Virus record (IMG/VR): IMGVR_UViG_3300046522_000748
DNA length: 64,000 nt
Reading direction: 5' to 3' (one strand)
Source: a virus
Lineage: Duplodnaviria > Heunggongvirae > Uroviricota > Caudoviricetes
Position numbers and translations under genes: made by a program. Positions 48,456 through 57,004 of this stretch are shown here, in pieces. A model generated the notes under the pieces. That model had not been told where the DNA came from. It did no database searches and saw only the letters and a program-made list of their open reading frames with translations. Positions within the stretch are counted from its first letter, which is position 1. Every line of letters begins with the position of its first letter.

Positions 48456-48869
48456 TTAGGCTGCGGTCGCTATGAGCGGATGCGATACACTTTTGATCAT
48501 TACTGCGCCATCCTCGGCTTCACCGAATAGCTCAAAGCCACAGGCTGCGTACCAATGGTTGATTGCGCTGCTGGGCAGTTCTGATTCAAGGCGTGTTGCG
48601 ACCAGCATGAGCAATGTGGCGCCCTTGGCCACGGCGCTTGTAGCAAAGCCGTCGATCAATTTACGCCCGGCCCCACCGCCTCGCGCACGAGGCTCAATAA
48701 AGATGTTGTTGATGATTGCAACGGTTAGGTTCTGAGTCCTGGCCCACTCAATGAAGTGGTGGGCAGGAATAACGGGATCGAACAGATGACTGAGGGCATT
48801 TTCTTCGTGGCTATGAACAACTAGACCAGAAATTTCGCCAAATGATTGGCTGATGTCGAGAAAATGCAT
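48456..48869 (-). CDS. GNAT-family acetyltransferase
   Basis: IFIEPRARGGGAGRKLI...WYAACGF. Confidence 0.8.
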   Translation of the reverse strand: MHFLDISQSFGEISGLVVHSHEENALSHLFDPVIPAHHFIEWARTQNLTVAIINNIFIEPRARGGGAGRKLIDGFATSAVAKGATLLMLVATRLESELPSSAINHWYAACGFELFGEAEDGAVMIKSVSHPLIATAA

Positions 48870-48876
48870 GCGTGCC

Positions 48877-49002
48877 TCATTTGCTGGCGACAGCTAGCCC
48901 CTTCGAGCCAATTTGTCCCGTGATTTGTTTGTAGGCAATCGTCGTAGGTGCTGCCAAAACGATGGTGGCCACCAAGACGTATCCAGCTATTTTTATAATC
49001 AT
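48877..49002 (-). CDS. Small membrane peptide (41 aa, below ORF-track cutoff)
   Basis: MIIKIAGYVLVATIVLAAP...; ATGA-coupled to upstream stop. Confidence 0.45.
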   Translation of the reverse strand: MIIKIAGYVLVATIVLAAPTTIAYKQITGQIGSKGLAVASK

Positions 49003-49232
49003 CCCAGTGCCTCCTTGGCCAGTGTCAGGGCAGTAGTTTCGTCAGCTGTTGGGCCGTATGCATCCAGGGCAATCCAGTCATTAAGCATGTCGCAAGCTTC
49101 GATTAGAAGCCCACGGTTGGTCTTGGTATCCATGTCACCGAGGATTAGCTCGGTGGCATGAACAGGAGCGCCAGCATCGACCCAGCGTTTTTCAAGAGCG
49201 TTTTTGATGTGTTGGCTGGCTGAATCGAGCAT
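48999..49232 (-). CDS. Small hypothetical protein
   Basis: 77 aa, GAGG RBS. Confidence 0.6.
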   Translation of the reverse strand: MLDSASQHIKNALEKRWVDAGAPVHATELILGDMDTKTNRGLLIEACDMLNDWIALDAYGPTADETTALTLAKEALG

Positions 49233-49292
49233 GGAAATTCCTCGGTATGCATGGCTATTTCAGGCCATTTAAATCATGAATATTAGTTTGAT

Positions 49293-49331
49293 AGTGTAGC
49301 ATCGAAGTGACGAATTGTCAATTTGAATGAC
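49293..49331 (-). promoter_or_regulatory. sigma70 promoter + operator
   Basis: TTGACA-N17-TACACT; gtcaatttgaatgac. Confidence 0.8.
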
Positions 49332-49465
49332 CAAAAACACTTAATTAATGTCGTTTGACCATTTTTGTAATGGCTGGTCGATCAAAACCCTTTAGGGAGT
49401 GTCTTGATGACAGTTTTGGTGGGGTTGTCGGCGTGAATGGTTGATTGATCCTGAAGCGGGGGAGA

Positions 49466-49882
49466 TCAGTCGTCATCATCCTCATCTTCAAAAACACTCA
49501 CTGAAGCGAAGCCGCCCTGCCCTTGCATCACATCGATCCGAAGGCCGCGCTTAAGCATGGAGACATCGTAATAGCCGCCCAGGTCTTCGTCTTCGGAGAA
49601 TGGGCTGCCATCATCGTCAAACTCATGCTCCTCATCGCCGAGGTCATAATCTTGAAGACACTGAAGCAGTAGAATCATGTGTGCATGAGTTACGCCCATC
49701 CAGTCGAAGCGCTCGATGAGCACTTCGGGCTGGTACATGATCTCCAGGCTTGTGAAGCCTTTCTTGGAGCGAAGAATGTCTTCGATCATTCTCAGGCAAA
49801 CATCATCATCCCAAAATGAACTGATTTGCTGATGACGTTGCAACAGATCTTCGAAGAAGACATCCATGCTGTCCCGCATCAT
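49466..49882 (-). CDS. Hypothetical acidic protein, paralogue family B
   Basis: CLRMIEDI...KRGLRIDVMQGQG. Confidence 0.7.
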   Translation of the reverse strand: MMRDSMDVFFEDLLQRHQQISSFWDDDVCLRMIEDILRSKKGFTSLEIMYQPEVLIERFDWMGVTHAHMILLLQCLQDYDLGDEEHEFDDDGSPFSEDEDLGGYYDVSMLKRGLRIDVMQGQGGFASVSVFEDEDDDD

Positions 49883-50385
49883 TTTTCCATAACCAATGCC
49901 AGCTCTTCAACCGTTGCAGGGCGAATGAAGTACACGGTGCCTTGGCCACTGAGCGAGTTGATGTGCAGCCCTCGCTTGATGCAAGACCATTCGGAACCGT
50001 CGTCCTCTTCGCCTTCCTCAAGCTCACGCTCCAGGTGGTGCTCTATCGCAGTCACCTCGCCATCGGTCATGGTGTCGATGAACAGTTGGATGACCTCTTT
50101 CGGAAGATCGTACCATCCGAAGCGCGCCTGTGTTTGCTTGAGAACGTAGGAAAACTCAGAATCCAAACCTGCCTGTACGCGCATGATGTCACTGATCATT
50201 CGCTCGCACAGTGGAGAGCTTGCGAACTCAATACGATCACGTATCTGTGCGTCTCTGACTAGACGCACATTATCCAAAATAGAGCCAACAGGAGGCGACA
50301 TCGCCCGAGTGTGCTGAGCCACTGAAAGACCGTGGGCTCGCACCTGCTCTACTGTCAGATCTGAAAAATCGGGCTTCAAAGTCAT
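49879..50385 (-). CDS. Hypothetical protein, paralogue family B
   Basis: CERMISDI...KRGLHINSLSGQGTV. Confidence 0.75.
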   Translation of the reverse strand: MTLKPDFSDLTVEQVRAHGLSVAQHTRAMSPPVGSILDNVRLVRDAQIRDRIEFASSPLCERMISDIMRVQAGLDSEFSYVLKQTQARFGWYDLPKEVIQLFIDTMTDGEVTAIEHHLERELEEGEEDDGSEWSCIKRGLHINSLSGQGTVYFIRPATVEELALVMEK

Positions 50386-50412
50386 ACTGAATCTTCCTTT
50401 TTTGATGGCAAG

Positions 50413-50451
50413 ATCATATCAGAACAAGGTGCCTGTGTCAATACTATTGAC
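50413..50451 (-). promoter_or_regulatory. sigma70 promoter + operator
   Basis: TTGACA-N17-TATGAT; gtcaatactattgac touches upstream stop. Confidence 0.85.
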
Positions 50452-51374
50452 TATGCGCTGATGAAAAGCAGTTCTCCGCAATCCGGACGACCGTTCCTAT
50501 CCTTCAGGTTCTCATGGCCTTCATTCTCATCATGAAACGGGCCGAGCGTGTTCACGTGTGCCCCCTTTGTGATGCAATCAAGGCTATGCACATTTATTCC
50601 GGGGAGTGTTCTGACGACAACGTACTTGGGCGACTCTGTAGCATTGTGTGTTTTTTCAAGGAATGTGGCTTCGTCAATATGACGATGCTTGTATTCCCTT
50701 TGCTCCTTTCTTTCCAGTTCGACGATCACTCCCTCAGGAAACGCCTCGACAAGGAAATGAGCCTCCTTGGAAAATCCGAGAATCTTGAAGGTTTTGCCAT
50801 CAGATCCAATTGCCGCGTACTCGGCGATCTGACTAGAGTCAGGAATATAAGGATTGCGAGAGCTGATGTCGCACGGGCTGGTGTCAACGGGGTTGTTCGA
50901 GACCTCCCTCGGCATTTTTGATGCATCAAGATACTCATCGCTCAAAACATCGGTGTTTACGCCATAGTAATCGTTGGCCAAGCGCTCCAGGTCATGGTGC
51001 GTTTTTTCTATAAGGCCGATATTTTTTGCCTGGAGCCATTCAAGAAATTTAACCACATTCCCTCGGCCACCGGCTTCTGCAACCACCAGTCTAGAGATTT
51101 CAGGAAAGCGTGGTTCGCAGGTCATGAAATCAAGGACGGGTTCGATTTGAATAACATGAGACGGCATACGGTTTCTTTTGCGATCTTCCCAAGATGGCTG
51201 TTTATGACGGCGCCAATCTATATCGCCAGCTCGACCTTCAATTGTCTTGTCCGCCCAGCGCACCTTTACGTGCTCATCAAGAGGAACAGGGCATACACCA
51301 TCCTGATGAGGATAGGGATGGACTGTCCAAACGAGTGGCTCGCCAGTAATAAGCTTAAAGGTATCGTGATTCAT
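50451..51374 (-). CDS. Hypothetical protein
   Basis: 307-aa ORF. Confidence 0.7.
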   Translation of the reverse strand: MNHDTFKLITGEPLVWTVHPYPHQDGVCPVPLDEHVKVRWADKTIEGRAGDIDWRRHKQPSWEDRKRNRMPSHVIQIEPVLDFMTCEPRFPEISRLVVAEAGGRGNVVKFLEWLQAKNIGLIEKTHHDLERLANDYYGVNTDVLSDEYLDASKMPREVSNNPVDTSPCDISSRNPYIPDSSQIAEYAAIGSDGKTFKILGFSKEAHFLVEAFPEGVIVELERKEQREYKHRHIDEATFLEKTHNATESPKYVVVRTLPGINVHSLDCITKGAHVNTLGPFHDENEGHENLKDRNGRPDCGELLFISA

Positions 51375-51625
51375 CTAGGATTCCTGATGGGTTTTGGAGT
51401 CATTTCCAGACGCCTGAAGGTCTTTGGGAATTTCAAATAATGCCAAGTACGTAGCAAAAACAATGAGTTAAGCGCATTTCGTCGGCAATATCTCGACACT
51501 TAATTCTCAGGTATCATACAATTGATTTACATCGCGCCAAGCTTTCAAGATTGATTTATTGAATATTATTTGCCAGTTACTACACATTTAGTGATAGTAT
51601 TTCCTAAAAAAATGGAAGCGAAACC

Positions 51626-52228
51626 GTGTTAGTTCAAATTGTGCGAAATCTGTTTACAAAGAAGGCACCAGGAGCCGAGTCAGTCTGTGAGGTGTGTGAG
51701 AAATCCTGTAGCTCGGAACTGCTTGAGCCAATACCCCTGACGTTAAGTCGGGCCACCTCCTGCTTGGCCTGCCCTGACTGTTCAGAGCGCTACGCCAACA
51801 CGTATGACGGCGCCGCAACCTTCGTGGTTGAGTGCGTGTCTGCGTGTAATGTTAAGGCTATGCATGAGCAGGAGCTAGATATGAAGTCGTTGATTGAGCG
51901 AAATTCTTTATTTCAAGAGATGCTTTCTCATTCGCAGGTCTTCGACGGCAATGGGTACGTTCCCGCAAAATCACTGGTCATCAACAAAACAACCGAGTTG
52001 GTCGCTCACTACGTGCGTGGATACGAGGATCGAATGACGCTCTCGCAAATTGAGGGTCGTGAGTTTGCCTCCAAGGTCGCCATCGGACAGCTAGATCTGC
52101 AAAATCTGATGGATGCGAACAAATTCAGCCGCATTGACTCGGGAAAGTTCTCTTTTTATTTTGACAGCAACAACAGCAGTGATTTATCCGGTCATAAATT
52201 GAGGGCAGTAGAAAGACGCTCGGAGTAA
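51626..52228 (+). CDS. Zn-binding hypothetical protein
   Basis: CEVC...CPDC. Confidence 0.6.
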   Translation: MLVQIVRNLFTKKAPGAESVCEVCEKSCSSELLEPIPLTLSRATSCLACPDCSERYANTYDGAATFVVECVSACNVKAMHEQELDMKSLIERNSLFQEMLSHSQVFDGNGYVPAKSLVINKTTELVAHYVRGYEDRMTLSQIEGREFASKVAIGQLDLQNLMDANKFSRIDSGKFSFYFDSNNSSDLSGHKLRAVERRSE

Positions 52229-52269
52229 ACAACTTACCGGCACCGCCGTGCAGTGCCGGATATGTTTGC

Positions 52270-52884
52270 TTATTTTTCCAATTGAGCCAGTGCGGCGACT
52301 GCGGCCCGCAGAGTGGTTTGGTACTTCTTCCCTTCTCGAATGGACTCCATGATGTCGCCCATTGCCCGGTGGCTGGTGCCTTTTTCGGTCGCGAACTGTG
52401 GCGAAACTGTCAGCAAAAACTCGTTGACCGATGACATGTCCATGTTGCGGTAGTGAATGAAGTCACTCAGCGCTGGCATCTTGATTTCGATGAAAACCCG
52501 ATCCAGGTACACCGAGTTTCCGCACAGGCGCGCTTCCCAACCATTCACGCCATTTTCTTTGAAGAATGCCAGTATCTGAGCTTCGGCCTCCTTCACGGAA
52601 AGACTGGATTTTTCGCATTCTGCAAACAAGCCGTTGTCGGTGTGCATCTTGATTACTACATCATCCGAAACAGGTAGGTAGTCTTCGGGCTTGTAGTGAA
52701 TCACGACGTTCAGGCTGGCGAAGGGATTGAGATCACTGTCCGTCAGCACAATCGCCATTTCCAGCAGGCAATGCTTGTAGGCCATTTGTTCGGAAAGCTT
52801 CGTAAACCCGGTTGTCTCTACGTCGATCCAGGCATACTTTCGGCTTTCAAGGCTGCTGTCCCACTGTTGTTTTCCACCGGTCAC
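52270..52884 (-). CDS. orn: Oligoribonuclease (DEDDh)
   Basis: WIDVETTG, LEMAIVLTDSDLN, MHTDNGL, LCGNSV.LDR.F, HYRNMDMSSV, HRAMGDIMES. Confidence 0.93.
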   Translation of the reverse strand: MTGGKQQWDSSLESRKYAWIDVETTGFTKLSEQMAYKHCLLEMAIVLTDSDLNPFASLNVVIHYKPEDYLPVSDDVVIKMHTDNGLFAECEKSSLSVKEAEAQILAFFKENGVNGWEARLCGNSVYLDRVFIEIKMPALSDFIHYRNMDMSSVNEFLLTVSPQFATEKGTSHRAMGDIMESIREGKKYQTTLRAAVAALAQLEK

Positions 52885-52917
52885 AAGGCACCTATTTGAT
52901 TAATTTAACAAGTCGTC

Positions 52918-52956
52918 ATTATAGGTATCAGCCTTACAAGTGTCAACCATAATGAC
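52918..52956 (-). promoter_or_regulatory. sigma70 promoter + operator (orn)
   Basis: TTGACA-N17-TATAAT; gtcaaccataatgac. Confidence 0.85.
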
Positions 52957-52969
52957 ATATATAATGGGA

Positions 52970-52998
52970 TTGACAGGCGAGCATTTCATCGTTAATAT
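52970..52998 (+). promoter_or_regulatory. sigma70 promoter for ncRNA copy 1
   Basis: TTGACA-N17-TAATAT. Confidence 0.7.
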
Positions 52999-53004
52999 TC
53001 ACTC

Positions 53005-53225
53005 AACGGCGCCGCTCCAACGGCTAGTGCTTCAGGGCATGACATCAAGCAGAGTGGAATCTGCACCTGGGGGTTCTAACATTCCCCTCAATGTTGGCGT
53101 GTGGCAAACGTTAGATCAGGCATGAGGAGCTGGCGAGCCCGGAAATGGGCGCTTGAGCCAATAGCAATTGCTTGCACTTGATGTATATGTATCAGCTACA
53201 GATTAACCGCTTCGGCGGTTTTTTT
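53005..53225 (+). ncRNA. Unclassified structured RNA, copy 1
   Basis: Own promoter and UUCG terminator (53205-53225); no credible ORF; helices homologous to 53858-54069. Confidence 0.75.
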
Positions 53226-53231
53226 GTTTTC

Positions 53232-53270
53232 GCCAACAGCGTTGACAACTTTAAAAAGCGTCATTAGAAT
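53232..53270 (+). promoter_or_regulatory. sigma70 promoter + operator (1 mismatch)
   Basis: gccaacagcgttgac; TTGACA-N17-TAGAAT. Confidence 0.8.
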
Positions 53271-53276
53271 TCGCGA

Positions 53277-53460
53277 AGTTGAGAGTGGGGCACAATTAGC
53301 GATGCCGTCCGTTATTGGAGGACGTTAAAGGCCATGTCTTCGGACTTACACCACCACCAGCCGACTTGCGACCGGCCCTCTCAAACGATATTAAAAGTGA
53401 TTGCGGCATCCCTGGCGGGCTCCACCAACTGAAACGTTACGGGAAAAGGACGGGATGCGA
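53277..53460 (+). ncRNA. Structured leader / ncRNA
   Basis: ttgagag/ctctcaa closing stem at predicted TSS, cgtcc/ggacg and gtc-ttcg-gac hairpins, gcatccc/gggatgc helix over next ATG. Confidence 0.55.
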
Positions 53461-53787
53461 ATGAGGAGTAAGTTTTTGAGGGGCTCGGCCCTGCTTCTGG
53501 TCACATGCTGCATTCAGGCATCTTATGCTGAAGAAAGCACATGGAATCAGAACGGGGAAATCCTACCTTTGGGTGTGGTGAGAAGATGTATAGGTGATCA
53601 GTTTTACTTGGTGGTAGTTGATGGCGGGATTCCCGGTGGTGGCTGGGCGAAATCAATTACTCTAGCACTGGAAAACGGTCAGCCAGAACGATGCAAACAA
53701 CCTTCGGTTTCATCCGACCCTAGCGCGTATGGGGATCGTCTCCGTGAGTTGGAAGCGGATAGACTGCGAAGGAATGCGTCGAGCTAG
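53455..53787 (+). CDS. Secreted small protein
   Basis: Signal peptide ending ASYA; Cys pair. Confidence 0.6.
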   Translation: MRMRSKFLRGSALLLVTCCIQASYAEESTWNQNGEILPLGVVRRCIGDQFYLVVVDGGIPGGGWAKSITLALENGQPERCKQPSVSSDPSAYGDRLRELEADRLRRNASS

Positions 53788-53857
53788 GTAGGAAATGTCT
53801 GCCCCCGAATTCGTTGTGCAACTGTTCGAACAGATCGCAGGCGGTCATTCTTTTTTA

Positions 53858-54069
53858 AACGTGCCGACTCTCATCGGCTAGTGCCTCCGTGCATGACGAG
53901 AAACAGGAGAGAGACCTGTAGCGGAACGGCCAACGCGGACCAGTTGGCGGGTGGCAACGTCAGTCCCAGCTATGCGAGCTTTAAATGGCGTCTGAGCATA
54001 GTAACAAGGACAGCTCGATTGGTTACCGCAAGTAACTAAAAGGCCGCATATTCGTATGCGGCCTTTTTT
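53858..54069 (+). ncRNA. Unclassified structured RNA, copy 2
   Basis: Homologous to copy 1; ends in ggccgcata-ttcg-tatgcggcc-T6 terminator. Confidence 0.75.
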
Positions 54070-54090
54070 ATTGCGTAAAATTTATCAGAC

Positions 54091-54438
54091 TCAACTGGTT
54101 TCCGTATCGGCAGTCTTCAGCAGTCGTTTCAGGCGACAAATTTCATTGTCGTTCTTCATGATCCTGCTGTGATACGAAGTGCGATAAGACTTTGTACTGT
54201 CCGCTGGATAAAACATTTTTGACCAAGAATGAGATCGTAGGTGGATGGTGCGTCTTTCATTATTATCTTCAATGCTCATGTAGCTGACACAATGAATCAT
54301 GTCGTGGGCGCACCGCCGCGCAGACTTCACAGCCACCTCAAGTAGATCGGCCAGAGAGTTAAAGGATAGCTTCTGCGGAAACCGGCTGAAAATAAATGCG
54401 AGGCGAATCTTGGTGATCAGCGTAATTATTGAATTCAT
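54091..54438 (-). CDS. Hypothetical protein (start MNSIIT)
   Basis: AGGA RBS. Confidence 0.5.
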   Translation of the reverse strand: MNSIITLITKIRLAFIFSRFPQKLSFNSLADLLEVAVKSARRCAHDMIHCVSYMSIEDNNERRTIHLRSHSWSKMFYPADSTKSYRTSYHSRIMKNDNEICRLKRLLKTADTETS

Positions 54439-54455
54439 GTTTTTAGTTCCTTGTC

Positions 54456-54803
54456 CTAAAATGGAATCTCTTCTGGATCGGCTGCGTCCAGACCTCGTGC
54501 TTTGCACATCTCACGAAGCTTGGCAATTTCTCGCTCTTGCTCTTCCGCTATACCAGTCAACTCATCGCAGTAGGAAATAAGCCCACCGACTGAGGCTGTC
54601 GCGTCAAACCATTCATCAGCGTGATTGCTAAAAGCTGACCTCATCTGCGGGTCATCGATTTGAGCGGCACACTCTTGAAACTCTTTGGCGCAGGCATTAC
54701 CCGAGGAGAGGTAGGTTAGGAGCAGCCCACCGCTGGCCACATTCAATTCATCCAGGAGCTGAAAGCTCTTGATGAATTGGTAAAATCGTTTGAGTGGATT
54801 CAT
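54456..54803 (-). CDS. Hypothetical protein
   Basis: 115 aa, AAGGA RBS. Confidence 0.6.
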   Translation of the reverse strand: MNPLKRFYQFIKSFQLLDELNVASGGLLLTYLSSGNACAKEFQECAAQIDDPQMRSAFSNHADEWFDATASVGGLISYCDELTGIAEEQEREIAKLREMCKARGLDAADPEEIPF

Positions 54804-54896
54804 GTTGATTCCTTATTTTGTAATTAACATCGGTGTTTATAATTAATCAGGAATTGCTGTATTATCGTCATGATCACACACTAATAAGGAACACCG

Positions 54897-55070
54897 ATGA
54901 AACTATCAGATCATGAAATTAATGAGGCTTATCGTAATGCTATTAAGACTGCGCTCAGATCGGAGCCTGACTTCTGGTACGTCTATACACCAGGAATCGG
55001 CATGCATAAAGTTGACAGCGCAGGTCGGGATGCTTATGTGAAGGCTCGCTTGGAGAACCGCTCACATTGA
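54897..55070 (+). CDS. Small protein (57 aa, below cutoff)
   Basis: TAAGGA RBS; MKLSDHEINEAYRNAIK...; hairpin at 55087-55116. Confidence 0.5.
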   Translation: MKLSDHEINEAYRNAIKTALRSEPDFWYVYTPGIGMHKVDSAGRDAYVKARLENRSH

Positions 55071-55126
55071 TTACTCCATGAATAACAAGGAGGGCTACAG
55101 CCCTCCTCTTCTTTTTGCTGACAACC

Positions 55127-55999
55127 TTAAGCGACTTCGATTTCCCCAAACACTTCATCAGGCTTGAATCCATCGGCATCTACCAGCGATACATCTTTTT
55201 TCAACACAGGTTTGGCTGCGTTGAAGATGACTTCCACCGGGTTGGCCACAGAGCTGAACTTCGGCATTTCGATCACATCGATCTTCGAGCGAATGATCGC
55301 CAATTCAGGGTTGCTGCGTGCCAAGTGCTTCTCAGGCAGCTTCTCCAGTTCCTCGACCGTGAATGGCTTGGAGAAGAATTTGCGTTGCACATAGGTGCCT
55401 CGTTTGAAACTCACTGGATAATCGTTCCAGTTGATGCCGTTCTGGAACAGCAGCTCTTGTTTCTCAGCCCCATTCTTGCCTTTCAGCTGACTCACGGAAT
55501 AAAACTCTGAAGCGGCCATGGTGATACTGTTTTTGGTAGCATCCCACTCGCGCCACAATACCGAGTTCGCTGCTTCTATGGCGGTCGGAACCTGCCAGAC
55601 ACGAGCGTCGAAGGTTGGCAGACGCCGGGCATACTTTGGCATGGTGCGCAGGATTTCGTTGTAAAAACCAATGGTGGCTTGAGCAGCCAGCTGCGAAATC
55701 ATTTTGGTGATTCGGGCGTTAAACCACACAGCCCGTTTTTTGGCGTGCGGGTTGAACACCAGGGTGATTTCATCACTCTGCGTATAACCGATACAGGCGT
55801 TGGTTTCCTTGACCAGAAACTTGGTGGTTTCGATCATCGCATTTGTCATCAACTGATCAAATGGTCGGCCCATGCCTTTGGTGAATTTGCTGAAACCACG
55901 ACCGTCTACACGGGCAATGATTGGAATGCCTGGCATAAATTTACGAGCGGCTTCAAGCCCTTCGTATTCCTTCATCCGGTCGCCAAGTGCGTCGTTCAT
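55127..55999 (-). CDS. tRNA(His) guanylyltransferase Thg1-like protein (3'-5' polymerase family)
   Basis: RMK.YE, RVDGRGFSKFT, YTQSDEITL, FDAR, WRE.DATKNSI, INWNDYP..FKRG. Confidence 0.93.
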   Translation of the reverse strand: MNDALGDRMKEYEGLEAARKFMPGIPIIARVDGRGFSKFTKGMGRPFDQLMTNAMIETTKFLVKETNACIGYTQSDEITLVFNPHAKKRAVWFNARITKMISQLAAQATIGFYNEILRTMPKYARRLPTFDARVWQVPTAIEAANSVLWREWDATKNSITMAASEFYSVSQLKGKNGAEKQELLFQNGINWNDYPVSFKRGTYVQRKFFSKPFTVEELEKLPEKHLARSNPELAIIRSKIDVIEMPKFSSVANPVEVIFNAAKPVLKKDVSLVDADGFKPDEVFGEIEVA

Positions 56000-56057
56000 T
56001 CTATTGCTCCACGATATTTGATAATTGGCTGATCACTTCAGATCAGCTCAAAGTAAT

Positions 56058-56567
56058 TCAGGCGCTGGCCTGTTCAGCGTTTTGAGTCAGCTCGTGCAGA
56101 CGACCTTCACGCTTGAGCATTCGAATATGGCTTTTCGACACACCAAAACGTTCTTTCAATTCGTCAACAGTGCCTTCCGGCGCCGGTTTATTCATTTCAC
56201 GCACTGCCGCTGCCGTTTTGGCTAGATCGCGAGCTTTCTGCGCTTTGCTCAGCTGTTGCTGGTGGCGCTCTTCATTTTTCAGGTCGCTAGCACCCATATT
56301 GAACAGCGATTGAAGCTCGCGTCGATACATGCCCTTCAGGCGCTCCAGCATCCCGACAATCTCGCTGTCTTGCAGATCTGACTCGTACTCTGGCAGTTTT
56401 CCGTAATGCTTGTGGTAAAGGAAAACTGAAATATCCTTGTCCATCTGCCCCATGAGGAGCATCGGGACGTTGCTCATATTAATTGAGCCCATCAGTGCGG
56501 CGCCCATATAGGCTGTCGCCAGGGTCACGTCGAGTTTAATCGGATCGGTCATCGATGTTGCCCTCAA
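56058..56567 (-). CDS. Hypothetical protein, possible C-terminal HTH
   Basis: VDELKERFGVSKSHIRMLKREG. Confidence 0.6.
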   Translation of the reverse strand: MRATSMTDPIKLDVTLATAYMGAALMGSINMSNVPMLLMGQMDKDISVFLYHKHYGKLPEYESDLQDSEIVGMLERLKGMYRRELQSLFNMGASDLKNEERHQQQLSKAQKARDLAKTAAAVREMNKPAPEGTVDELKERFGVSKSHIRMLKREGRLHELTQNAEQASA

Positions 56568-56569
56568 AA

Positions 56570-57004
56570 TTAGTCGTTAATCAGGAACCGCTCTATCAAT
56601 GGCGCAATAATGAGAGCGGCCACAACAGATGCAAAAAAGACCGGTAGGAAGAAAAACAACAGGTTCTGTCTTCCTGTTTGTTTCATGTCAAAAGGCCGGA
56701 CATACACCACGCGCTTTTCACCAACGACCGCTGACGCGAAGGTGCCCACTGACACCTCTCGGTCAAAGAGAATCTTCTCTCCGGCATTCCAGTACGAGAT
56801 CATTGGTCGGTCGTGGCTTTTCCTCGACTGCGCAGCCAGGATCATCTTGGCGTCCACAGTGACGTTTACATCGCGTGGCGTCATGTAATCATTACTCAGA
56901 TACAACGCGGCAAGCGGCGCCAAAACGAGCAATACTACGGCCCAATAGAGCGGGCACTTGTATTGGCGGATCTTGGCTGTCAGCTTTTGCACTGAAACTG
57001 TCAT
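56570..57004 (-). CDS. Membrane protein (start MTVSVQ)
   Basis: Two TMs; ATGA-coupled. Confidence 0.6.
   Translation of the reverse strand: MTVSVQKLTAKIRQYKCPLYWAVVLLVLAPLAALYLSNDYMTPRDVNVTVDAKMILAAQSRKSHDRPMISYWNAGEKILFDREVSVGTFASAVVGEKRVVYVRPFDMKQTGRQNLLFFFLPVFFASVVAALIIAPLIERFLIND

Noticed and set aside
53005-53225. RNase P RNA gene
   Set aside because: Lacks CR-I GAGGAAAGUCC and a convincing P4; only a local resemblance, reported as a finding.
53287-53427. tmRNA/tRNA-Ala-like ends (GGGGC...GCUCCACCA)
   Set aside because: No T-arm (GUUCRA) before the CCA, only ~140 nt long and no tag frame; the CCA lies inside another helix.
53798-53826. Cobalamin riboswitch (ctgcccccg...gcaactgt)
   Set aside because: The two pieces are split by 10 nt, and GGGAA and the downstream B12-box elements are absent.
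53948-53968. T-box antiterminator (GGGUGGCAACG)
   Set aside because: No helix A2, stem I or amino-acid gene downstream; copy 1 diverges at this site.
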